From the NCBI GenBank assembly GCA_963785305.1, contig CAWAUV010000008.1, positions 448,001 through 512,000 of the forward strand: a stretch of DNA of 64,000 bases. Direction: 5' to 3'. Source of the stretch: an uncultured Planctomycetaceae bacterium. Lineage in GTDB: Bacteria > Planctomycetota > Planctomycetia > Pirellulales > PALSA-1355. The translations under genes were made by a program, and so were the position numbers. Shown piece by piece: positions 1 through 9,522 of the stretch. Position 1 is the first letter of the stretch. Every line of letters begins with the position of its first letter. The notes under the pieces are model-generated. The model made no database searches. It had not been told where the DNA came from and saw nothing but the letters and a program-made list of their open reading frames with translations.

Positions 1-1035
1 CGATCTGTCGTTGATCTCGATCTGGCACCCCAGCTTCTTAACGCGGCTCGTCGCATCGCTCGATGCTTGGGGAGAAAGGATTTGCACGGAGATCGAACAC
101 GGCGCGATATATCTTACGGGCGTGGGCGCCCCGCGGTTGGCCGGTGATCGACGCCGAGCAGACCAAGTTCGGCGAGTGCTCCGCGAACTATCGTCGCCGC
201 ATGAACGATTCGCCGCGCTTTGGCCAAAGCTCGCGCTGATTAGCTGCTGGACCGACGCCGCGGCGGCGATTCCCACGGCGGAACTACGGCAATTGTTTCC
301 AGCCGTCGAGTTTCAATCGAAGGGCTTGGTCGCCACCGAAGGCATTGTGTCGTTTCCGCTCGTCGGTCAGCCCGCGCCGCCGCTCGCGCTTGAATCTCAC
401 TTTTTTGAATTTCTTGAAGGCAACCCATCGACGAACTCTGTTTCGCGATTGGCGCACGAACTCGAACCGGGCGGCCGTTATCGCGTGGTGCTCACGACTT
501 CCGGCGGAATGTATCGCTACACACTGCACGACGAGGTCGAAGTGGTCGGTTTCTTGCGGGAGTGCCCCTTGATTCGTTTCAGGGGAAAGCTCGATCGGAC
601 AAGCGACCTCGTGGGGGAGAAGTTGTCGGAGGTCCATGTGCAAGCGGCAGTGACGCATGTGCTCTCGAAATATCGAATCCATGCGACCTTCGCGCTGCTC
701 GCGCCCATGGAAGGTCAACCGCCGCACTATCGGCTATTTCTGCAATGTGGTTCGTCCAGGCCGGAACCACTCTTGGAACGCCTTCGCTCCGCATTGGACG
801 CGGAATTGGCGAAGAACCCGCATTATCGCTACGCCATCGGGCTTGGACAATTGGCTCCGGCCGACGTTCAGTGGCTTTCGGCCGAAGCACTGTTGCGGCG
901 ATTTTCGAGGCGCGCTCCATCTCGCGCGGCCAGCGAGTGGGCGCCGTCAAGCCAGCTGCGCTCGATGCCTGGACCGGCTGGTCCGAACTGTTCGGCTCGC
1001 GCACGGTATCCGGCGATCTTCCGCGGCGCGATTAA
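1..1035 (+). CDS. GH3 auxin-responsive/acyl-acid amido synthetase family protein (5'-truncated by window edge; frameshift near 895)
   Basis: ORF 11..1138 has GH3-like motifs (ATEGIVS, HFFEFL, Y-V-LTTSGGMYRY-L-D-V, G+ D++GEKLSE). The natural C-terminus (GQRVGAVKP...) is in the 562..1035 frame. Confidence 0.8.
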
Positions 1036-1685
1036 CGGGATCGTCGCGCGGCCAGCCCGCGGAAATAAACTGTCCTCGCCACGAATGCGCCGAGTAGCGT
1101 GCCGGCGAGCACATCAAGCAGATAGTGCTGGTGCGTAAGAAGTGTCGCGACGACGATGCCGACGCCCCACACAGCGAGCAGGGACTTGCCCAGCGGCCTG
1201 GCGCAAGGCGCATAAGCGACCACGGAGAGAGTGGTGAAAGCCACATGCAGCGAGGGGAAAAAGTTCTGCTTTAGAGCGATTGCCACCGATACTTCAAACA
1301 ACGGCGCCCATCCGCCGAGTTCTTCGGACCGCGGCGGTCGAAACGCCACTTCGGCCGGCAGCAGCACGAAGCAGACTCCCGCGATCAGGGTCGCCGCCAC
1401 GATCGCCTTGGCGAAAGCCGCCAACTCGTCGCGACTCCGTAAGACAAACGGCGCCATCCACAGCAGCAGGTTCAGCGATAGATAGAGCGTCGCCGCGCTT
1501 GGCGCCAGCGGCAGCGCGAGATCGGCTTCGCTGTGCAACCGCACCCGCCACGAATGCCGCCGCGCAAGCCAATCGGCGCCGCCATACACGACCACGAACA
1601 CCAGGGCCGCGAGCATGCCGAGCTTCATCGCGTAGCCCAGTTGAGTCCATCCTGGCCAGTGCCAAAACGATCGAGACTCGCTCAT
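1032..1685 (-). CDS. PAP2-family membrane phosphatase/phosphotransferase
   Basis: Multiple TM helices, with FPSLH and HQHYLLDV motifs. The ATG at 1685 overlaps the upstream TGA (ATGA). Confidence 0.8.
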   Translation of the reverse strand: MSESRSFWHWPGWTQLGYAMKLGMLAALVFVVVYGGADWLARRHSWRVRLHSEADLALPLAPSAATLYLSLNLLLWMAPFVLRSRDELAAFAKAIVAATLIAGVCFVLLPAEVAFRPPRSEELGGWAPLFEVSVAIALKQNFFPSLHVAFTTLSVVAYAPCARPLGKSLLAVWGVGIVVATLLTHQHYLLDVLAGTLLGAFVARTVYFRGLAARRSR

Positions 1686-2634
1686 TGGCGGATCGACAGC
1701 GGAAGCGGGCGAAGCGATTCGGGCGCGGGCTCTTGGTTCAGTCGCGGGCCACGCCACAATCGGAAATATTGCCGCATATAACTCGGCCGTTCGTCGTCCG
1801 GTTGCGAAAGGGTCGGCAAATAACGCCAGGGAACATCGGGTCGGCGGTGATGATTCAAATCGAACTCCATATGCAGCAGCAAATAACTCATCACGCGATT
1901 GTGCTTCAGATTCCAAGCTCCCTCGACCACATCGCGCTTGGAAAATGCATGGCCGATATATTGCCGTGTCGACCAGTTGAAAGCAAAGCAAGCGTAGAGA
2001 AACGCCACGCGAGGGGGCGACAGCGCGAAGAGCCAAAAAATCACCGCGAAGAACGCGATCGTGAGCAGCACCTCGAAGCGAATCGCGCCACATCGCAATC
2101 GTCGATGTCCGCCAGCAGATAGCTCGACGACCGCGCGCGGCGGAAAATCGGCGCTCGCAACACCCGTGGGCACACGGCAAACAAAAGAGCCCCGAGCGGA
2201 ATGCAGGGCCAGAACAGACCGCAGAGAATGCCATACCACTGCACGAACCGCACGAGTCGGTTGTCGGTCGGATAATACAGATCGAACATTTCATAATCAG
2301 TCCGATTCCGCAGGTGATGCCCCCAGTGCATCGTGTGCATCATGCTGTAGGGAAAGGGGAACAAGAATCCCGCGAGCGTTCCGAGCGCTCGGTTCCAAGT
2401 CGGTTCCGTTTGAAGATTGTCGTGCGATGCTTCATGGAGCAGTGAATAGTTCGTGAGCAGCACATAAGAAAAAAGGACGCCACCCGCACCGAGTGCCCAG
2501 ATCGATGGCGTGTGCGAGCACCACCACAAAAGAGCGAGCGCCACCCCGAATACGACGAGAACCAGTGCCCGATTGAGCCGATCGGGAATTGGCATCGCGC
2601 CAGCGGAGTGGGATTCGTCGCGCGAGTTGGACAT
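1682..2634 (-). CDS. Membrane fatty acid desaturase (frameshift near 2100-2180)
   Basis: Three His boxes, HEASH, HWGHH and HxxxxLNHH, are split over ORFs 2041..2640 and 1682..2239; TM segments present. Confidence 0.85.
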
Positions 2635-2894
2635 TGGCACGGAGCTCAGCGGCGGAAAAAAAATCGCGATTTGACCATTTTGTCCAATTTGGCAATCGCC
2701 GCCTCGGCGGAAAACCGGCCTTGGCCGTCGACCGTTTTGCTCGCCGCATTATAGACATGGAGTCGAATGCAAGTCACGCATCGTCCAACGGCCCACGTCG
2801 CCGCCGGCGTCGCCGAGGCGATGCATCGCACCCGCGGCCAGGATCGTTGGCGATCGGATATCGGATTTATCGGTTCCCGGGCTTTTTTTCGGGC

Positions 2895-2923
2895 TTGACG
2901 CCTTGGGGCCGAATCTCTAATCT
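2895..2923 (+). promoter_or_regulatory. Putative sigma70 promoter upstream of the FlgI-like gene
   Basis: TTGACG-N17-TAATCT. Confidence 0.5.
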
Positions 2924-3159
2924 CCCGCGCGAATCGCGTTTCCTCGTCAAAACCCGTTCGGGAATTCGGGAAGCGGATCGCCGGGCGGCACGGATCGTCG
3001 CTCGGGCAGGAAGCCTTCGTTGCCCGCTTGTCTCGATCGGGGCAATCGCGGTGTCCCCCATGGGCGCCGCGAGCGAAGGAGACGAATTTTAACCTTGCTG
3101 AGCCGATCGCGGGCACGGGTTCGCGCGTTGGTAGGCATTTGACCGCGTGGGAGCTTGGC

Positions 3160-4896
3160 ATGGATGCTCGGCGACTGCTCGCTGGCCTATTGGCCATCGG
3201 TTGGCTGCTCGGCAATGGCTGCAGCAAGCCCCGCGCTGCGCTCGCAGAGTCCCGAGGACCTGTCCGACGCGATGGAATCGCGCACTCGGCTGATCGGCGA
3301 TTTTGCCCGTCCCTACGGCAATACCTATATCAAGGTCGAAAGCGTGTCCCTGGTCACGCATCTGGCCAATACCGGCGAGGACCCGGGCCCCTCGCCGCAG
3401 CGTGAAACCCTGCTCAACGACATGAAGCGCCGGGGCGTGGCCAATCCCTCGGCGCTGCTCGCTTCGCCCACGACATCGCTGGTGCTGGTGCGCGGCTTCT
3501 TGCCGCCCGGCGTGCAAAAAGGCGATAAGTTCGATCTCGAGGTGCAAACTCCCGGCCGCAGTGAAACGACCAGTCTGCGAGGCGGTTTGCTCATGGAAAC
3601 CGATCTGCGCGAGATGGCCGCCTTGGGAAATCAGATTCACCAGGGTCATCGGCTCGGAATTGGCGAAGGCCCGCTGCTCGTGGACCCGGCGGCCGACGGC
3701 GACAAGGACCGCGCGCTACTCACCCATGCCCGCGTGCTAGGCGGCGGCGTGGCGGTGAAATCGCGTTCGCTCGGCCTCGTGATCGGGTCGGAAGATAAAA
3801 GCGTGCGGCTCAGCGCCCAAATCGCCGACGCGCTCGGCAAGCGATTCAGCGTGTTCGACCACGGCCTCAAGCAAGGCGTGGCCAAGGCCAAGACCGATGA
3901 GTTCATCGATCTCGCCGTGCATCCGCGATATAAGAACAATATCGCCCGCTATATTCGCGTGGTGCGGGCCGTGGCGATCAAGGAGTCGACGGCCGACCAG
4001 ATCAGCCGGCTTTCGCTGCTCGAGCGGCAATTGCTCGACCCAATCACTTCGTCGGCCGCGGCGCTCCGGCTCGAGGCGATCGGTCTGCCGGCGGTAAAGA
4101 CCTTGCTCAAGGGCATCGAGGCCAAGGAGACCGAAGTGCGGTTCTATGCCGCCGAGGCGCTAGCCTATCTCGACCAACCGACGGCGGTGGTCCCGCTGGG
4201 CCGCGCGCGCGCGAGGAACCCGCTCTGCGCGTCTATGCGCTCACCGCCTTGAGCGCGATGGATGATATGTCGGCCTACGACGAGCTCCGCTCCATGCTCG
4301 ATGCCCCCAGCGCCGAAACGCGCTACGGCGCCTTCCGGGCCCTATGGGCCATGAACGCCAACGATCCCATCGTCAAAGGCGAAAACATGCAAGATCGGTT
4401 CAGCTATCATGTGCTGAATCTCGAAGGGCCGCCGATGGTGCATGTGACCCGCAGCTTCCGGCCCGAAGTCGTGCTATTTGGCGCCGATCAGCGATTCCAT
4501 ACTCCGATGGTGCTTGAAGCCGGCAACTCGATCATCATCAATGGCGCGAGCGACGACCGAGTGGTGGTGAGCCGCTTCGCGGTTGGCCAGCCCGACGAGA
4601 AACGCGTCGTGAGCGCCAAGGTCGATGACGTAATTCGGGCGATCGTCGAACTTGGCGGAAACTATCCCGACGTGGTGTGCGCCTTGCAACAGGCCAAGGA
4701 TAGCCGCGCTCTGGCTAGCCGCTTCGAGGTCGACGCGCTCCCCGACACCGGTCGGGCCTACAAACACCACGAGAAAGACCACGACGAGAAAGAGGGCGAC
4801 GAAAAGGATCCGGCCCCGCGGGCCGATGGCCAACTCGAAGTGGCCAGCCCGCTGCCAGAGCTCTTCCTGCCCAAGGCCCTGCGAACGCTGCGATAA
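3160..4896 (+). CDS. Flagellar P-ring FlgI-like lipoprotein with HEAT-like repeats (planctomycete type); two frameshifts (~3235, ~4205)
   Basis: Signal peptide MDARRLLAGLLAIGWLLGNGC. FlgI-like segments LVTHLANTG, PPGVQKGDKFDLEV and SLRGGLL are followed by HEAT-like repeats (EVRFYAAEALAYL, ETRYGAFRAL). Confidence 0.7.
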
Positions 4897-4927
4897 CGCG
4901 AATTTGCTCGTCGCGATCGGGCGCCAC

Positions 4928-6241
4928 TCACGACTCGCTATCGAATCCACCGCGGCGGCCATGGAGCTTGTCGCGACTGGCCCAAAGGCCGGCCGATGGC
5001 GTGGGAATGAAGAAAAACCGCTCGCCGTCGGCCGTTTCATGCCAGCCTTCGCCGCGCGTCTCGGGCCGGTAGCGGTCGATCGCGGCCTGGAGATCGGCGT
5101 GGCCAAAATGCACGCCCTCGATCTCCGCTCGGCTCAAGTGGCCCGGCGCATAGGTAATGCGAAAGCGGCCCTCGCTCGAGCCGTGGATCAAGTGCGCCGT
5201 GGCATGGGCCAGGTCTTGCATGTCGGCCTCGCGGCCATAATGCTCCATCACGCGCGGAGTGCCGCAATAACCATATTTGCGAATCAGCGCGTCGACATCC
5301 GGCTGCTCGCCAAATCGCTTGAGGCCCGGGGCGAGGATCACGAGCTCGCCGCCATCGGCCAACGCCATTCGGGTGCGATACACCGCTTTGTTCGCCACCC
5401 AAGTGCTGAAGAACTCGTCGCCCTGCATCACGCACACGATCCGCTCGATCGGCTCGTCGAACACCGTGATATTTTGCCGCCGCGATTGCCGGGCCGCCGC
5501 CAAGTAGGTCTCGAGATCGTCGCCCACATGGAAGCCGGTGTGGGCAAGTTCGCCGCGCTGATTGCGGGCCATGACCACCTGGATATAAAAGTCGGGCAGG
5601 TGGCCGAGGAATTGGTCTTCGGCATGGTTGAAGCAGGCTCGCACCGGCGTGACCAGATTGCCGAGATTATTTTCAATGCCGCAGGTGGCCGCCATCATGT
5701 GCGAGGCGCAGATCAGGTCCTTGCCGCCCAGGCCAATGAAATAGTTCTTGTTGTGATTGGCGAAGCCGAGCACTTCGTGCGGCACCACATGGCCGACGTT
5801 AATGACCAAATCCCAGGGCTCTTCCATGAGCGAGCGATTCAATTGGATGGGAATCGCCCAGTTGGCGAGCCCGTCGGATGCCTCGTCGACGAACCGCGCC
5901 GAGACCGCCCCCACATCGACACAGCCGCCGCGCCAATCGTGGGCATGAATCCGTTCGTTGGGAATCGAGCCGAACATTTGCCGATTCTCCTCGGCGGTGT
6001 GCGGCACATGCTGGCCCAGCGTGGGAATCACATGCACGTCGGCCTCGCCGCAAAACGCATGGTAGAGCATCTCGGTCAGGCGGCCGGCGCCCGAGTGCAT
6101 GCGAGTGATGTCCGGCGGTAAGAGAAGCACTCGCTTGGGACGGGCCGAAATTCGGCGGCGTGCCTCGGCCACGGTCGCGCCGATCAATTCCTCGAGCCGG
6201 GGCCAAGAGATTTCGTCCGCCGTTTCCGTAATCCAAGGCAT
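4928..6241 (-). CDS. Lactate racemase (LarA/DUF2088) domain protein
   Basis: Intact 437-aa ORF with PPDITR, PTLGQH, VPHEVLGFANHNK motifs. Confidence 0.8.
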   Translation of the reverse strand: MPWITETADEISWPRLEELIGATVAEARRRISARPKRVLLLPPDITRMHSGAGRLTEMLYHAFCGEADVHVIPTLGQHVPHTAEENRQMFGSIPNERIHAHDWRGGCVDVGAVSARFVDEASDGLANWAIPIQLNRSLMEEPWDLVINVGHVVPHEVLGFANHNKNYFIGLGGKDLICASHMMAATCGIENNLGNLVTPVRACFNHAEDQFLGHLPDFYIQVVMARNQRGELAHTGFHVGDDLETYLAAARQSRRQNITVFDEPIERIVCVMQGDEFFSTWVANKAVYRTRMALADGGELVILAPGLKRFGEQPDVDALIRKYGYCGTPRVMEHYGREADMQDLAHATAHLIHGSSEGRFRITYAPGHLSRAEIEGVHFGHADLQAAIDRYRPETRGEGWHETADGERFFFIPTPSAGLWASRDKLHGRRGGFDSES

Positions 6242-6384
6242 GGGGTTCGCTCCGAAGAAATCCGCGTGAGCCCGCGCTCGGTAAACACCGAGCGCGACGG
6301 CTGAAACACGACATTCTAATCGAACCCGAAAGCTGGAGAAGGGCCCCGGCGCCGCCGCGCGATGAATTGCTCGACCGCCACGAT

Positions 6385-6881
6385 TCAGCCTCTGGGCCCC
6401 GGCCCACGGCGATGCATCGCCGCGCTCGGCGGAGGCCGACGAACGAAGGCCTCGGGGTTGGCCAAGCGCAGGGCCAGGGAGCGAGCGAAAAGCACGAATT
6501 CGGGCCGGCTCGTCTGTTCTTGGCCGGGCAGCTTCATGCCGAATGCTTGACCGTTGAGCGCCATGGGAGGAATGGTCCGCATTGCCCCATCGCCGACCAG
6601 CGCGTCCAAGCGGCGCTCGAGCGCCGGCGCGCGTGGCGTGCTTCGGCGTCGCTCAGCAAGTCGTCGTGATTCGTGTCGGCGTCGCGAAACACGTGTTCGG
6701 CCGCGCGATCGATGGGGCGCCAAGCATTGTCTCCCTCGCGGGGCGATGGTTCGTTGAAGCCTAATCGGGGAAAGGCGGCTTGAAGCTCTCCCTGCAGCCC
6801 GAGCGGCGCCGCGGCGATTGCGCAAGCGCCGGTCAAGGCGACGACGAGAAGCACCCTTGTGTTGCGCGATGGCGATGGCAT
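6385..6881 (-). CDS. Secreted hypothetical protein with an EF-hand-like loop (frameshift ~6630)
   Basis: Signal-like MPSPSRNTRVLLVVALTGACAIAAA and EF-hand-like DADTNHDDLLSDAE; the C-terminus is in the 6385 frame. Confidence 0.45.
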
Positions 6882-7154
6882 GGCGAGCGTCTCATGGGCA
6901 TAAGCGTTCGAGGGCGGCCAGTGGATCTCCGCGTGGCGCCACTGTTCATGAAACGCATGCGCGCCCGCGCGGCGCCGCGTGTCGGCGATTGTCTTGCGCA
7001 CAAGTAATGTTCTCGCGGAAAGCGCTCGGGATGCTTGCGCGGGATGGCGGCCGAGGATAATCGCGGCGTCGCTCGCGCATTGCGATCAAAATTTTTCCGG
7101 CGAAAAGTCCTCGGCTGGTTGCAATCGAGCGAGAGTTTGATAGACTTTGCGGGC

Positions 7155-7219
7155 GTGGGGAATCAGCCCACATAATTCCATGTAGGTGCTTGATTCGTGG
7201 GAAACAAACCCATTACAAT
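7155..7219 (+). promoter_or_regulatory. mraZ promoter with paired GTGGG-N7-CCCAY boxes
   Basis: TTGATT(7190)-N18-TACAAT(7214). Boxes are at 7155-7171 and 7197-7213. Confidence 0.5.
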
Positions 7220-7311
7220 AGGAGCTAGCCGGCGATGCGGCTCCGGCGGCGTTGCGACCGCGAGCGTTCAGCGCGGTTCGTTGACGGCCCTTTTCTCATT
7301 TGCGGAACACG

Positions 7312-7857
7312 ATGCCCACGCCGTCCTCACTGATTCTGGGCGAGTTCTCCCGGCGGCTCGACGAACGCCATCGGCTTTCGCTGCCGGCCGAGTTATTCGG
7401 ACCGCTCATGGCGATCGATGCCCCGGTGGCGAAATCGTTCGAGACCGATGCCGACGCCGCGGGCGAGGGTGGGACCGCGTTCGACGCGATCTTGGCCAAG
7501 GAGCGGCCCGGGGCTCTCAGCTTGTGGAATGCGGCCGTTTGGCGTCAGAACCTCGAAGCGGGCATCGCCCTGGTGCAAGCCAAGATGATGGCCGGCAAGC
7601 TCGAAGGCCGGTGGGACGAAGTGCAATCGCTCGGTCGGCTGCTCTCCACCCGGCAGCGCCCGGTGCAAATTGCCGGCCGCGGAAGGCTCGTGATTCCCGA
7701 GGGCTTTCGCGAGTTCTTGAATGTGCCGCCCGGCGAGGAAGTGCTCCTGGTGGGAGCGGGCGTGTGTGTCGAGCTCTGGCAGCCGCGAGCTTGGCACGAC
7801 CATATCGCCGTGGCGATGCCCGATTTCCGCTCGCTTTTCGATCGGCTCACGGCCTGA
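7312..7857 (+). CDS. mraZ: MraZ family transcriptional regulator
   Basis: Two SpoVT/AbrB-type repeats, GEFSRRLDERHRLSLP and GRGRLVIPEGFREFL...VGAGVCVELW. Confidence 0.8.
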   Translation: MPTPSSLILGEFSRRLDERHRLSLPAELFGPLMAIDAPVAKSFETDADAAGEGGTAFDAILAKERPGALSLWNAAVWRQNLEAGIALVQAKMMAGKLEGRWDEVQSLGRLLSTRQRPVQIAGRGRLVIPEGFREFLNVPPGEEVLLVGAGVCVELWQPRAWHDHIAVAMPDFRSLFDRLTA

Positions 7858-7942
7858 TGCCAATGCGCGGGCCGCATGTTCCGGAGCATGCAAGAAGGAG
7901 AAACGCGGCTTGATCGCGCGGCGAGCAAGCGCCAAAGTCGAT

Positions 7943-7981
7943 CAGCGACAGAAACAACCAGCGACAGAAACAACCAGCGAC
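7943..7981 (+). repeat. 16-bp tandem repeat, about 2.4 copies (CAGCGACAGAAACAAC)
   Basis: Exact copies at 7943 and 7959, plus a partial copy at 7975. Confidence 0.9.
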
Positions 7982-8096
7982 CATGTCCGGCAGGGAGCCT
8001 TTAGATCCTTATCCGTCGTCTTTCGGTGCGGATTGCAAGTCTCCAGGGAAGGCCCGATTGGCACGGATGCCCCAATCAACACCCTGCCGGACATGG
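7981..8096. ncRNA. Candidate structured RNA (three-way junction), family unknown
   Basis: A perfect 15-bp inverted repeat, CCATGTCCGGCAGGG/CCCTGCCGGACATGG, encloses two further stems. Confidence 0.4.
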
Positions 8097-8279
8097 CGCT
8101 TATTTCATTGCGAGCGATGCCTCGCCGCCTTCTGCGGACAAAGCTTGCCGCCTGATTGGCATGAGTGGCCCGAGTCAGCGGGTCGCTATTTTGGCGATTT
8201 CGTAAATCGCCTCATCAAAAAATCCCTCCTGATCGCATTAGCCATACCTCATCGGCAACACGCGACGAAAAAAATCGTG

Positions 8280-8308
8280 TTGACAAAATATGCAAAACAG
8301 AATATATT
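8280..8308 (+). promoter_or_regulatory. Strong sigma70-type promoter of the ATPase-ATPase/TPR operon
   Basis: TTGACA-N17-TATATT, with an A-tract upstream in an AT-rich patch. Confidence 0.7.
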
Positions 8309-8352
8309 CAGAATGTGATTAATTCTTCAGTGATTTTTTTGTGGAATTAGCA

Positions 8353-9522
8353 ATGAGAAATATTCTAGGAAGTCCCGTCGAAGGCGCTGATTTCTTCGAT
8401 CGCCCCGAAATACTGCTGAAGCTCAATCGCGAGCTGGACAATTGCGGCAATCTGCTAATGGTGGCGCCGCGTCGCGTCGGGAAGACCTCGCTGGTGCTCC
8501 GCCTTTGTGAACAATGGCGACGGGATTCGCGAAACGCGGTTTGGATGAATGTGGAAGCGCAGACCAATGAGCTCGCCTTTGCCGAGAGGTTGGTCGATGA
8601 GCTGAGCGCCAAAATCGAGTCTAAGATGTTGGTTCAAATCCAAGCCTTGTTCCGCGCCGCTCGCGATAACATCCGCGGCGTCGGTTTCCATGGTCTCGAA
8701 CTCACCCTAGGCGGACCGTCGGAACCGGAGTTCTCGACTTTGGGCAAAGCCTTGGAGTCTGTTTTTCGAAAAATCGAGCAGGGCGAAACTCCCGTTCTTC
8801 TCGCGATCGATGAACTGCCGGAATTCCTGCTTAGATTGCAAAAGTCGGAGAACGGACCAACTCGGGTCACCGCGTTCTTGCACTGGCTCCGCGTGCTGCG
8901 GCAAACGTTTCGCCGGAATACTCGCTGGTTGTTTTTGGGTTCCATCGGGCTCAACACCTTTGTCGAACAACAGAACCTGCAAAAACTGATCAATGATCTC
9001 CAGATATTCACGCTCGACGCGTTTTCACGCGACGAAGCCGATGCATTTTTGCGGCAGTTGGGCGATTCAAATAATCTGTCGCTCTCGCCGAGCGAGCGGA
9101 ACGAGATCATTGCCGCATTGGGATGGCCACTGGCTTACCACTTGCAATTGGTTTTCCACGAGCTTCTCGACAGCGAATCGCGATCGATTTCCGCCGCGAT
9201 CGAATTGCTGCTTCATTCAAACAAGTCAGCCTATTTCGACACTTGGCGCCAACGTATCTCGGTCCAGTTTTCGGACTCGGACGCCAGGGCGTGCATCGCC
9301 ATGCTCGATCATCTTTGTGTCTTCCCGGCCGGTCGCGAGCGGGCGCAGATTCTCAACCAACTGATGACTCAGCCCGCGGCCGTTGTCGAGAAAGTCGACC
9401 CTCAACTCCGTCGCTTGCTGAAAGTGCTCCAGCGCGACGGGTATCTGCTCGATAGTGAAGGCCGATATGCGTTTCGCTCTTTCCTACTGCGTGAATATTG
9501 GCATCGGAGTCATGTCCGATGA
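8353..9522 (+). CDS. P-loop ATPase (archaeal-ATPase/STAND-like) with a C-terminal winged-helix-like region
   Basis: Walker A APRRVGKT, Walker B LLAIDE, sensor GS, G-P-x-LQL; C-terminal LKVLQRDGYL...LLREYW. Confidence 0.8.
   Translation: MRNILGSPVEGADFFDRPEILLKLNRELDNCGNLLMVAPRRVGKTSLVLRLCEQWRRDSRNAVWMNVEAQTNELAFAERLVDELSAKIESKMLVQIQALFRAARDNIRGVGFHGLELTLGGPSEPEFSTLGKALESVFRKIEQGETPVLLAIDELPEFLLRLQKSENGPTRVTAFLHWLRVLRQTFRRNTRWLFLGSIGLNTFVEQQNLQKLINDLQIFTLDAFSRDEADAFLRQLGDSNNLSLSPSERNEIIAALGWPLAYHLQLVFHELLDSESRSISAAIELLLHSNKSAYFDTWRQRISVQFSDSDARACIAMLDHLCVFPAGRERAQILNQLMTQPAAVVEKVDPQLRRLLKVLQRDGYLLDSEGRYAFRSFLLREYWHRSHVR

Noticed and set aside
7943..7981. Possible CRISPR repeats (also 45877-45932 and the REP clusters)
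   Set aside because: Units are directly adjacent or inverted, with no unique spacers, and there are no cas genes.
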